A DNA stretch of 64,000 bases. Origin: Salinivirgaceae bacterium (GTDB lineage Bacteria > Bacteroidota > Bacteroidia > Bacteroidales > SZUA-534). The notes below the pieces were generated by a model. It searched no databases and was not told the origin of the DNA. It saw only the letters and a list, made by a program, of their open reading frames with translations. Each line of letters begins with the position of its first letter. The first letter of the stretch is position 1. Both the position numbers and the translations under genes were made by a program. Location: contig JAKSOL010000002.1 in the NCBI GenBank assembly GCA_024405635.1, forward strand, positions 64,001-128,000, given 5' to 3'. Positions 39,650-49,016 of the stretch are shown here, in pieces.

Positions 39650-39697
39650 TAATACAAATTTGTGTAACACAAACTTGTGTAACACAAACTTGTGTAA
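39650..39697. repeat. Three tandem 15-bp repeats (TAAYACAAAYTTGTG) with internal dyads
   Basis: TAATACAAATTTGTG (39650-64), TAACACAAACTTGTG (39665-79), TAACACAAACTTGTG (39680-94), then TAA. Confidence 0.95.
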
Positions 39698-39741
39698 TTG
39701 GGGAATATGTCATATTCTTGCAGTGTAAATAAACATCTATC

Positions 39742-40878
39742 ATGCATTTAACAAGTAAGACAAGGCCATTTATGTATGGTGTGGCGATTGATGAAAATCA
39801 TTTCATAGGTCGCCAAAAAGAGCAGTCGCGCTTGGCTGCTAACATGCGTGCTGGCATAAGTACTATTTTGATAGCGCCAAGAAGATATGGAAAGACATCG
39901 TTGGTTAACCGGGTTGCAAACGAAGTGTCAACTGACGAACTAATAGTAGTAAAGTTAGATGTCTTTGCATGCCGTGACGAATATGAATTCTACAACATGT
40001 TTGCCGAGGCGGTGCTTCATCAAACCTCGTCAAAATTTGAAGAGTGGCGCGAGAATGCAAGGTCGTTTATGGAGAGGTTGATGCCTAAAATATCATTTGC
40101 AACCGATGCTTTACAAGAGTATTCTGTAAGTCTGGGCATAACACCCAAGACACACAAACCCGAAGAGATTCTTGACTTGCCACAAATGATAGCAGAGAAA
40201 AAGAATTGTCGCATCGTGGTGTGTATCGACGAGTTTCAGCAAATAGGCGAAATGCCAGATTCCGTAAACATTCAAAAACGACTTAGGTCGGTGTGGCAAA
40301 ATCAATCGTTGGTTTCATATTGCCTTTATGGTAGCAAAAAACATCTGATGACCACTTTGTTTCAAAGTCGTAGTCATCCTTTCTATAAATTTGGCGATAC
40401 AATGTATCTTGATAGAATTGGTGAGGAAGATTGGTTGCCATATTTGAAAAGCCGCTATGAAGAACGTGGTTTGCAACTGCCTGATGATATGGCGCAAATT
40501 ATTTGTCAAAAAGTGCAACTGCACCCATCGTATGTTCAGCAATTGGCTTGGATGACGATGCTAAATACCAACGATATTGTAACAATGGATACTATTGGTT
40601 GCGCATTGAGTGATTTACTCAACGACAACGATGCGCTTTACTCTCAACAAACTGAGAGTTTGACTAAGTATCAAGTCAATTTCCTACGAGCATTGCTAGC
40701 AGGAGTTGAAGGCGGTTATGGAACAACCAAAACGCGCGACGAGTATGATTTGGGTACAGCATCAAATATTGCGCGAATTAAAACAGCCCTTACCGAGAAA
40801 GAATTAATTGAATCGGATGGTAAACGTTGCTTTATAGCTGATCCTGTGTTGCAATTGTGGCTAAAGAAACGACTTTAG
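39742..40878 (+). CDS. Archaeal-type/STAND-like P-loop ATPase with C-terminal winged helix, no fused nuclease
   Basis: PF.YG....FIGR..E, Walker A variant APRRYGKTS, Walker B VVCIDEFQ, YGSK and HP.YVQ motifs; C-terminal LT.YQ..FL.AL...L.EKELIE...IADP.L.LWL. Confidence 0.85.
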   Translation: MHLTSKTRPFMYGVAIDENHFIGRQKEQSRLAANMRAGISTILIAPRRYGKTSLVNRVANEVSTDELIVVKLDVFACRDEYEFYNMFAEAVLHQTSSKFEEWRENARSFMERLMPKISFATDALQEYSVSLGITPKTHKPEEILDLPQMIAEKKNCRIVVCIDEFQQIGEMPDSVNIQKRLRSVWQNQSLVSYCLYGSKKHLMTTLFQSRSHPFYKFGDTMYLDRIGEEDWLPYLKSRYEERGLQLPDDMAQIICQKVQLHPSYVQQLAWMTMLNTNDIVTMDTIGCALSDLLNDNDALYSQQTESLTKYQVNFLRALLAGVEGGYGTTKTRDEYDLGTASNIARIKTALTEKELIESDGKRCFIADPVLQLWLKKRL

Positions 40879-41160
40879 GTTTGGAAAAGGTTGAGTGTTA
40901 TTGTATAAAAGCTATCAAAGTGTACTCAATTTTCAAGGAGGAGCAAAAAATACCACAAAGACTCTACAAATACCAGTGGGACCACATTCACAACCCCGAA
41001 GCAGTGCTATTTTACTTGGCGAATAGTTATGTAAAATTTTCATTGCAATAGATCCATTTTTCCCGTTCTTAAAATGTGGAAAACCTATCTTGGTAGCCCC
41101 GCTTTCTTTTCTTACATTCGCGCAACTATTTCGAAACCATAATTTTTAAAACACATCTGA

Positions 41161-44100
41161 ATGGTTACCTTCTTTAAAACACCTGAAAATAAGGTTATTG
41201 CAGTCAAGACAAACGATGCAATCTCGGCTGCCGACATTGAGAAGCTGAACTGGCTTTTCGGGAAATCAGAATGCTTAGGACAAAATGCACCAAGCGGATC
41301 TTATGTAGGTCCTCGCAAGGAGATGATTACCCCTTGGAGTACCAACGCTGTTGAAATTACCCAAAACATGGGCATCAGTGGCATTATCCGCATTGAGGAG
41401 TTTGAGGCCCAAAGCGCTGACAAAAAGCACTTCGACCCTATGTTGAAGTCGTTCTACAATAGCCTTGATCAAAACATATTCACCGTTGACATTAAGCCTC
41501 AGCCTATTGTTCATATCGACGACATTGCCGCTTACAACAAAAAGGAAGGTTTGGCTCTAAAGGAAGAGGAAATTAACTACTTGGAAAGCCTTGCCAAGAA
41601 ACTTGGTCGTCCTCTTACCGATAGCGAGGTATTTGGCTTTTCGCAAGTGAACTCAGAGCACTGCCGCCACAAAATTTTCAACGGTCAATTCATTATTGAT
41701 GGCGAAGAAAAACCTGATACACTATTTAAGCTTATCAAAAAAACTACCACATCAAATCCAAACAATGTGGTATCGGCATACAAAGACAACTGCGCATTTA
41801 TGCAAGGTCATGAGCTTGAGCAATTTGCTCCAGCTAATCAAGAACAATCAGATTTCTTTGAGGTTACTGACTACGAGTCGGTTTACTCACTAAAGGCCGA
41901 AACCCACAACTTCCCAACCACAGTTGAGCCTTTCAACGGTGCAGCTACTGGTTCAGGTGGCGAAATTCGCGACCGTATGGGTGGAGGAAAAGGTAGTATG
42001 CCAATTGCAGGAACCGCTGTTTATATGGCATCGTATCCACGCTTAGATGGCGGCCGCTCGTGGGAAAAAGCAACCGAGCCTCGTCCTTGGTTGTATCAAA
42101 CTCCAGAGCAAATTCTTATTAAGGCATCAAACGGTGCTAGCGACTTTGGTAACAAGTTTGGTCAACCACTTATTTGTGGTAGCTTGCTTACAATGGAGCA
42201 CTTTGAGAATTACAAGAAATTTGGTTTCGATAAAGTGATTATGATGGCGGGTGGCGTTGGCTATGCAAAAAAGAAGGATTGCATCAAGGCCGACCCAGAA
42301 CCAGGCGACAAGGTTGTAATTCTTGGTGGCGACAACTACCGCATCGGTATGGGTGGTGGCGCTGTATCGTCGGTGGCTACTGGCGAGTACAACAACTCAA
42401 TTGAGCTTAACGCTGTTCAACGTTCAAACCCTGAAATGCAACGCCGCGTGTACAATGCCATTCGTGCATTGAGCGAACAAACCGATAACCCAATCATCTC
42501 AATTCACGACCACGGCGCAGGCGGTCACCTTAACTGCTTGTCGGAGTTGGTTGAAGCAACTGGTGGTGTTATCGATATTCGCAAGTTGCCTATTGGTGAC
42601 CCAACACTATCGGCTAAAGAGATTGTGGGCAACGAGAGCCAAGAACGTATGGGTCTTGTGCTTAAAGATCAAGACATTGAACATTTGAAAAAAATTGCCG
42701 ACCGCGAGCGTGCTCCAATGTACGTAGTGGGCGAGGCTACTGGTGATATGCAATTCCGCTTTGTTGACAAACAAGCATCGGAAAACCCAATCGACCTTCA
42801 GCTTGCCGACATGTTTGGTAATCCTCCTCGTACCATAATGAAAGACAGTACTGTAGCTGAAAACTATAGCGAACTAAAATATGATTCAGCAAAAGTGGCT
42901 GAATATCTTGAACAAGTGCTTCAACTTGAATCGGTTGCCTGCAAAGACTGGTTAACCAACAAAGTTGACCGCTCGGTAACTGGTAAGGTTGCTACCCAAC
43001 AATGCGCTGGCTACCTACACTTGCCACTTAACGACTGCGGTGTAGTTGCACTTGACTATCAAGGTAAATATGGTGTAGCAACATCAGTTGGCCACGCACC
43101 AGTTTGCGCTATGATTGATCCAGCTAAAGGCTCGCGCATAGCAGTGGCCGAATCGTTGACCAACATTGTTTGGGCTCCAATTCAAGATAAACTAAAAGGC
43201 GTATCGTTGAGCGCCAACTGGATGTGGCCCTGCTTTAATCCTGGCGAAGATGCTCGTTTGTACAAGGCTGTTGAGGCATTGAGCCAATTCTGCATCAAGT
43301 TGGGCATCAACGTTCCAACTGGTAAGGATTCATTGTCAATGACTCAGAAATATCCTAACGGCGACAAAGTGCTATCACCAGGAACTGTAATAGTATCGGC
43401 AGCTGGCGAGGTTACAAATATTCGTAAAACAGTATCGCCTGTTTTGCATAACGTTAAGTCGCAGTTGCTTTACATCGACATGTCGAAAGATGCCCTTAAA
43501 CTAGGAGGCTCGGCATTTGCACAAGTAATAAATGGTGTTGGTACCGATTGCCCAGATATTACAGATGTTGACTACTTTGCAAAGGCATTCAATACCGTTC
43601 AGTCGCTTATTGAAGAAGGTCTAGTGATTGCAGGTCACGACGTTTCGGCTGGTGGTTTGGTTACAACATTGCTTGAAATGGCGTTCTCGAACGACGAGGT
43701 GGGCATCAACGCAAACCTTGAATCGTTTGGCGAAAAAGATGCTGCAAAACTTTTGTTTGCCGAAAATCCAGCACTTGTACTTCAAGTTGCCGACGATAGT
43801 AAAGTCGCATCAATGCTTTCGGCCTCAGACATCGAGTTCAAAACCATTGGTACACTAGGCACTAAAGGACAACTTAACATTGCTACCGGTAGCAACAACT
43901 ACTCATTTGATATTAAGAAGTTGCGCGATGTTTGGTTCAAAACTTCGTATTTGCTCGATTGCAACCAAACACAAAACGGTTTGGCTCTTGAACGTTTCAA
44001 TAACTACAAGAACCACACTCACAAGTTTAACTTCAACAACTTCGATGGTTCAGCAAAATCGCTTGGCATCGACCTTAAACGTCGCACAAAAAGTGGCGTA

Positions 44101-44850
44101 AAGGCTGCTATTATTCGCGAAAAAGGTAACCAATGCGACCGCGAAGTTGCTTACATGCTTTACACCGCAGGATTCGATGTTAAAGACGTGCACATGACCG
44201 ACCTTGTAAGTGGCCGCGAGAATCTTGAAGACGTGAACATGATTGTGTTTGTTGGTGGATTCTCAAACTCCGATGTCCTTGGCTCAGCAAAAGGATGGGC
44301 AGGCGCATTCTTGTTTAGCGAAAAGGCAAAGAAAGCACTTGACAACTTCTACGCTCGTCCCGACACTTTGAGTATGGGTATCTGCAACGGCTGTCAGGTT
44401 ATGGTTGAACTTGGTCTTATCAACATGAATCACGACGAAAAACCTCGCATGTTGCACAACAACTCGCACAAATTTGAGTCAGGCTTTGTTGATGTTGTGA
44501 TTGAGAAAAACAACAGCGTATTCTTTAAGAATATGGAAGGTATGCGACTTGGTGTTTGGGTTGCTCACGGTGAGGGTAAATTCAGTTTCCCTTACGGCGA
44601 GGACAAATACAATATCCCAGTTAAGTACGCTTACGGCACCTACCCAGCCAATCCTAACGGCTCAGCATTCAATGCTGCAGGCATCTGCTCCGACAATGGA
44701 CGTCACTTGGCAATGATGCCACACCCTGAGCGCGCATTGTTCCCATGGCAATGGCCACACTACATTGATGGTCGCGAAATGGAAGATCTTTCACCTTGGG
44801 CGTTGGCAATGCGTAACGCATTTGAGTGGGTTAAGGCAAATAAAAAATAG
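41161..44850 (+). CDS. purL: Phosphoribosylformylglycinamidine synthase (large fused type)
   Basis: NSEHCRHKIF, KAETHN.PT, DHGAGG, NESQERM and GKDSLSM motifs; glutaminase GICNGCQ and MMPHPER. Confidence 0.98.
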   Translation: MVTFFKTPENKVIAVKTNDAISAADIEKLNWLFGKSECLGQNAPSGSYVGPRKEMITPWSTNAVEITQNMGISGIIRIEEFEAQSADKKHFDPMLKSFYNSLDQNIFTVDIKPQPIVHIDDIAAYNKKEGLALKEEEINYLESLAKKLGRPLTDSEVFGFSQVNSEHCRHKIFNGQFIIDGEEKPDTLFKLIKKTTTSNPNNVVSAYKDNCAFMQGHELEQFAPANQEQSDFFEVTDYESVYSLKAETHNFPTTVEPFNGAATGSGGEIRDRMGGGKGSMPIAGTAVYMASYPRLDGGRSWEKATEPRPWLYQTPEQILIKASNGASDFGNKFGQPLICGSLLTMEHFENYKKFGFDKVIMMAGGVGYAKKKDCIKADPEPGDKVVILGGDNYRIGMGGGAVSSVATGEYNNSIELNAVQRSNPEMQRRVYNAIRALSEQTDNPIISIHDHGAGGHLNCLSELVEATGGVIDIRKLPIGDPTLSAKEIVGNESQERMGLVLKDQDIEHLKKIADRERAPMYVVGEATGDMQFRFVDKQASENPIDLQLADMFGNPPRTIMKDSTVAENYSELKYDSAKVAEYLEQVLQLESVACKDWLTNKVDRSVTGKVATQQCAGYLHLPLNDCGVVALDYQGKYGVATSVGHAPVCAMIDPAKGSRIAVAESLTNIVWAPIQDKLKGVSLSANWMWPCFNPGEDARLYKAVEALSQFCIKLGINVPTGKDSLSMTQKYPNGDKVLSPGTVIVSAAGEVTNIRKTVSPVLHNVKSQLLYIDMSKDALKLGGSAFAQVINGVGTDCPDITDVDYFAKAFNTVQSLIEEGLVIAGHDVSAGGLVTTLLEMAFSNDEVGINANLESFGEKDAAKLLFAENPALVLQVADDSKVASMLSASDIEFKTIGTLGTKGQLNIATGSNNYSFDIKKLRDVWFKTSYLLDCNQTQNGLALERFNNYKNHTHKFNFNNFDGSAKSLGIDLKRRTKSGVKAAIIREKGNQCDREVAYMLYTAGFDVKDVHMTDLVSGRENLEDVNMIVFVGGFSNSDVLGSAKGWAGAFLFSEKAKKALDNFYARPDTLSMGICNGCQVMVELGLINMNHDEKPRMLHNNSHKFESGFVDVVIEKNNSVFFKNMEGMRLGVWVAHGEGKFSFPYGEDKYNIPVKYAYGTYPANPNGSAFNAAGICSDNGRHLAMMPHPERALFPWQWPHYIDGREMEDLSPWALAMRNAFEWVKANKK

Positions 44851-44861
44851 ATTATAAATTG

Positions 44862-44895
44862 AAAAAAGGTCGGAGCGAAAGTTTCGACCTTTTTT
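44862..44895 (+). terminator. Terminator after purL
   Basis: AAAAAAGGTCGGAGC-gaaa-GTTTCGACCTTTTTT (GNRA tetraloop). Confidence 0.85.
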
Positions 44896-44967
44896 GTTTG
44901 TGCTTGATGAAGGTTCAGTAGAATTGATTTTGTTGTAACTTGCGGACCGCAAAAACAAGAACAAGAA

Positions 44968-46845
44968 ATGTGGATTTTTAGCAAAAAATATACTCCTCGA
45001 TGGATAGTATTACTCATCGATATATCTATTTCAATAGTATCTATAATGCTGGCATACTTGCTGCGTTTTGATTTTGAAATACCTAAAGTTGAAGTTGTAA
45101 AGAGCCTTAATGAGATAGTTATGCTTGTGGTAGGCTTGCGTACACTATCGTTTCTTGTGGCGCGTACATTTTCAGGCATAGTTCGTTACACAGGATTGCA
45201 AGACGTTCAACGCATTGTGATTACATTGTTTAGTGGCACCATGTGTTTTGTTGCTATCAATTTAGTGCGTTTGTGGGGTTTTGGTAAGGCATTCTTTATT
45301 CCAATGTCGATTGTGGTGATGGAGTTTATGTTTACCCTCATTTTTATGCTCGGATTGCGTTGGGTTGTAAAAATGTTTTTGGTTGACTTGCTAGTAGGGC
45401 GAGGAAAAATGAAGAATGTTGTGATTTATGGCACAAACGATGCAGCACTTTCGGCCAAACATGCAATTGAGAGCGATCGCAGTGAACATTATCGTGTTGT
45501 TGCTTTTGTTGATAACATCAGCAAAAAGTCAGATAAACAGATAAACAACGTGCCAATATATCCCATTAGCCAAATAGAAAAGGTAATAGGCGACGAGGAA
45601 ATTGATTATGTGCTTTTGGCTCAATCATTTACTTCAACCGAAGAAAAACAACGAATAATTGACTATTGCTTAAGCAAAGGTGTAACCATACAAAATGTGC
45701 CTAAAGTTGACAAATGGATTAACGGTGAGTTGAGCTCAAAACAAATACGACGCATAAAAATTGAGGATTTGCTTGAGCGCGATCCTATTCAACTCGATTA
45801 TGATCGTATCCAAGCACAAGTGAAGGGTAAAGTGGTTATGGTTACAGGTGCAGCAGGGTCGATAGGCAGCGAAATGGTGCGCCAACTTATAAAGTTTGAA
45901 CCTCAAAAGATTGTGTTGTTCGATCAGGCAGAAACACCAATGTATGAAATTGAAACCGAAATTGCCGATGCCAATCTTCATAGCAATATCAAGATTGTTA
46001 TGGGCGACATAACCGACCAGGTTAGAGTTGAAAAAACAATATCGGAACATTTGCCAGAAATAATCTATCACGCGGCAGCATATAAACACGTTCCAATGAT
46101 GGAAAACAATCCTATTGAGGCAGTGCGCAACAATGTGTTTGGAACAAAACTGCTGGCCGATATGGCTATTAAATATGGAGTTAAACGATTTGTGATGGTT
46201 TCAACCGATAAGGCAGTGAATCCAACAAACGTAATGGGATGCTCAAAACGCATCTGTGAAATATACACCCAATCGTTAAATGCTACGTCTGAAACAAAAT
46301 TCATTACCACACGATTTGGTAATGTTTTGGGCTCAAACGGCTCGGTAATACCACGTTTCAAAAAACAAATTGAAGATGGAGGTCCTATAACTGTTACCCA
46401 TCCAAATATTACCCGTTTCTTTATGACTATACCAGAGGCTTGTCAGTTGGTATTGGAAGCTGGTGCATCGGCTCGAGGTGGGGAAATATTTATTTTTGAT
46501 ATGGGCAAGTCGGTTAAAATTGCCGATTTGGCCGCCAAAATGGTAAAACTATCGGGACTGCAATTGGGTAAGGATATTCAAATTGTGTACACAGGATTAC
46601 GTCCTGGAGAAAAACTATATGAGGAACTATTAGCCGACAAAGAGAACACAATACCAACACCGCATCCGCAAATTATGGTTGCCAAAGTGCGCGAATACGA
46701 CCATAAGGTGGCAGAAGAACAAATTGAAAAATTCCGTGAACCTATAGCAGCACAGGATCATTTTCAAGTTGTGGCGCAAATGAAGGCAATGGTGCCAGAA
46801 TTCCAAAGCAAGAACTCAATATACGAGGCACTAGACCGAAAGTGA
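44968..46845 (+). CDS. Membrane-bound UDP-sugar 4,6-dehydratase (CapD/PglF/WbpM family)
   Basis: Four N-terminal TM helices; IEDLL.R, TGAAGSIGSE, HAAAYKHVP, STDKAV, MGCSKR, RFGNVLGS and GLRPGEKLYEEL motifs. Confidence 0.93.
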   Translation: MWIFSKKYTPRWIVLLIDISISIVSIMLAYLLRFDFEIPKVEVVKSLNEIVMLVVGLRTLSFLVARTFSGIVRYTGLQDVQRIVITLFSGTMCFVAINLVRLWGFGKAFFIPMSIVVMEFMFTLIFMLGLRWVVKMFLVDLLVGRGKMKNVVIYGTNDAALSAKHAIESDRSEHYRVVAFVDNISKKSDKQINNVPIYPISQIEKVIGDEEIDYVLLAQSFTSTEEKQRIIDYCLSKGVTIQNVPKVDKWINGELSSKQIRRIKIEDLLERDPIQLDYDRIQAQVKGKVVMVTGAAGSIGSEMVRQLIKFEPQKIVLFDQAETPMYEIETEIADANLHSNIKIVMGDITDQVRVEKTISEHLPEIIYHAAAYKHVPMMENNPIEAVRNNVFGTKLLADMAIKYGVKRFVMVSTDKAVNPTNVMGCSKRICEIYTQSLNATSETKFITTRFGNVLGSNGSVIPRFKKQIEDGGPITVTHPNITRFFMTIPEACQLVLEAGASARGGEIFIFDMGKSVKIADLAAKMVKLSGLQLGKDIQIVYTGLRPGEKLYEELLADKENTIPTPHPQIMVAKVREYDHKVAEEQIEKFREPIAAQDHFQVVAQMKAMVPEFQSKNSIYEALDRK

Positions 46846-46866
46846 TAATTTAAAATGATTTATTGG

Positions 46867-46902
46867 AAACCGCGAGTCGATAAATGGCTTGCAGTTTTTT
46901 TT
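46867..46902 (+). terminator. Possible terminator after CapD-like gene
   Basis: Imperfect stem AAACCGCGAGTC-loop-GGCTTGCAGTTT followed by a T run. Confidence 0.55.
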
Positions 46903-47178
46903 ATCATTAAAACCGCCATTTTAGAAGAGTGACAAAAGAAATTATATTTTCATGATAATGTTCGAGATGCGGAAAAATATGTATGAATATTATTTTTGGC
47001 CTTATAGTGAGTCGTCTCTGGGTATATAAAGCTATATAGGTCGTATATAGAGCATCTTTGTTGCTTTCAATTTTTTTGTGGTAAGTGAAACAGAAGAGAA
47101 AAGAAGTTCTATAATCAAACTTGAAAAGTCATTTGATTTTGCAGTATAAGATTCGGGAAACTTCTCGGGTATAAAATA

Positions 47179-47209
47179 TTTGCAAGCGTTGCTTTTTTGT
47201 TTAACTTTG
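47179..47209 (+). promoter_or_regulatory. Canonical Bacteroidota sigma-A promoter of rimP-nusA-infB
   Basis: TTTG (47179-82)-N19-TAACTTTG (47202-09). Confidence 0.8.
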
Positions 47210-47231
47210 CCGCCAGTCGGGAAGAAATTTG

Positions 47232-47256
47232 CAGGGGACAATAAGTCCCCTGTTTT
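47232..47256 (+). promoter_or_regulatory. rimP leader hairpin (terminator-like attenuator)
   Basis: CAGGGGAC-aataa-GTCCCCTG-TTTT between the promoter and the rimP ATG. Confidence 0.7.
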
Positions 47257-47272
47257 ATTACAAACAAGTGCC

Positions 47273-47737
47273 ATGATAGATAAATCACAAATAGAACAAC
47301 TAGTATCGCAAAGAATTGCAGACACCGATTTGTTTTTGGTTGAAGTAAAAGTTGATACCCAAAACAACATAGTTGTTAGTCTTGACTCTCCACAGGGAGT
47401 TGATGTTGAAACTTGCGTGTTTATAACAAAATTTATTGAAGAAAACGTTGATCGCGAGGTTGAAGACTATTCGCTTGAAGTAACATCGCCAGGCATAGGA
47501 CAACCACTAAAAGTGTTGCAACAATACACTAAAGTGATTGATAAAACAGTTGAGGTTCTGTTTTTAGATGGCAAAAAAATAGGAGGAATACTCAAAGATG
47601 CCAATGAACAAGGAATCTTGCTGGAGTTTGTAGCAAAAGAAAAACCGGAAGGCGCAAAACGACCTAAACTAGTTACTAAAACCGAGCCGTTTGCATTCTC
47701 AGAAATAAAATCAGTAATTGAAACCATTATATTTTAG
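47273..47737 (+). CDS. rimP: Ribosome maturation factor RimP
   Basis: G.D.ETC, DYSLEVTSPGIGQPL; first gene before nusA. Start at MIDKSQ. Confidence 0.93.
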   Translation: MIDKSQIEQLVSQRIADTDLFLVEVKVDTQNNIVVSLDSPQGVDVETCVFITKFIEENVDREVEDYSLEVTSPGIGQPLKVLQQYTKVIDKTVEVLFLDGKKIGGILKDANEQGILLEFVAKEKPEGAKRPKLVTKTEPFAFSEIKSVIETIIF

Positions 47738-47744
47738 TGTCAAA

Positions 47745-48992
47745 ATGGAAAAACTAAATCTTATCGAGTCGTTCTCTGAACTGAAAGAAGAAAAAAACAT
47801 CGACCGTCCTACAATGATGAAAGTTATTGAGGAGGTTTTCAGAAGTACATTGGTAAAAACCTATGGAACCGACGAGAACTACGACATTATTATTAACGAC
47901 CATCGTTGCGATTTCGAAATATGGCGTCGCCGTCAAGTTGTAAAAGATGGCGAGGTTGTTGATTCAAACCTTCAAATCTCGTTGAGCGATGCAAAGAAAA
48001 TTGAAGACGACTACGAGGTGGGCGAGGAAGTGACAGAAGCTGTGCCTTTTACCGAATTTAGCCGCCGCGATATCTTGTCGTTAGGTCAAAATTTGCGTAA
48101 CCGCATTCTTGAACTTGAAAAGGACCACGTGTATGCTAAATATAAAGACCGCGTAGGTACAATAGTTTCGGCTGAGGTTTATCAAACATTTAAGCGCGAA
48201 GTGCTTCTTCGCGACGACGAAGGTAAAGACCTTGTATTGCCAAAGGCTGATCAAATTCCTGGCGACTTTTTCAAAAAAGGCGATAATGTTCGTGCAGTAG
48301 TTGATCGAGTTGATATGAATAACTCAACACCAACAATTTATCTATCGCGTACTAGCCCAAAATTCCTTGAATGCTTGTTTGAACAAGAAATTCCAGAAAT
48401 AAAAGACGGCTTGATAACAATTAAAAATATTAAGCGTATTCCTGGCGAACGTGCAAAAGTTGCAGTTGAAACTTACGACGACCGTGTTGATCCAGTAGGC
48501 GCTTGCGTTGGTATGAAAGGTGCTCGCATCCACGGAATTGTTCGCGAACTTCGTAACGAAAACATCGACGTTATTAACTATACAAACAACGCCGAAGTGT
48601 TTATTACTCGCGCATTGAGCCCAGCAAGAGTTTCAAAAATTGATCTTGATAAAGAAAATAAACATGCAAATGTTACACTTCAAGCCGATCAAGTGTCGCT
48701 TGCTATTGGTAAAGGTGGTAACAATATTCGTTTGGCAAGTATGCTAACTGGCTATGAAATTGATGTTTATCGCGATAATGGCAACGACAATTCAGAGATG
48801 AACGACGTTGATCTTGAAGAATTTGCAGACGAAATCGATGGATGGGTTATTGATGCTATTAAGGCAATTGGTTGCGATACCGCACTAAGCGTGCTCGAAA
48901 TTCCAATTCCTGACCTTGTTCGCCGTACCGACCTTGAAGAAGAAACAATCAAAGAGGTTGTTAAAATTCTTAAAGAGGAACTTGAGGACTAA
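47745..48992 (+). CDS. nusA: Transcription termination/antitermination factor NusA
   Basis: LSRT, EIPEI.DG, R.PGERAKVAV, DPVGACVG and AIGKGG.N..LA motifs. Confidence 0.97.
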   Translation: MEKLNLIESFSELKEEKNIDRPTMMKVIEEVFRSTLVKTYGTDENYDIIINDHRCDFEIWRRRQVVKDGEVVDSNLQISLSDAKKIEDDYEVGEEVTEAVPFTEFSRRDILSLGQNLRNRILELEKDHVYAKYKDRVGTIVSAEVYQTFKREVLLRDDEGKDLVLPKADQIPGDFFKKGDNVRAVVDRVDMNNSTPTIYLSRTSPKFLECLFEQEIPEIKDGLITIKNIKRIPGERAKVAVETYDDRVDPVGACVGMKGARIHGIVRELRNENIDVINYTNNAEVFITRALSPARVSKIDLDKENKHANVTLQADQVSLAIGKGGNNIRLASMLTGYEIDVYRDNGNDNSEMNDVDLEEFADEIDGWVIDAIKAIGCDTALSVLEIPIPDLVRRTDLEEETIKEVVKILKEELED

Positions 48993-49016
48993 TACTAACT
49001 AAAACTTTTTCAGCAA

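Noticed and set aside
39650-39697. Tandem repeats as a mini-CRISPR array
   Set aside because: Units are 15 bp and contiguous, with no spacers and no cas genes. Kept as an operator-like repeat instead.
40857-41051. 64-aa ORF with WDHIHNP, faintly like a tyrosine-transposase fragment
   Set aside because: It overlaps the ATPase end, has no HUH motif, and is too short to support.
40940-41160. Possible ZTP or purine riboswitch upstream of purL
   Set aside because: The fragments GTGGGACCAC and TGGCGAA are in the wrong order, the 3' CGCCTGGGC element is absent, and a -7-like box (TACATTCG) lies only about 40 nt from the ATG.
47003-47015. 13-bp match (TATAGTGAGTCGT) to the reverse complement of the T7 promoter
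   Set aside because: The TAAT end is missing and there is no vector or phage context. Most likely chance.
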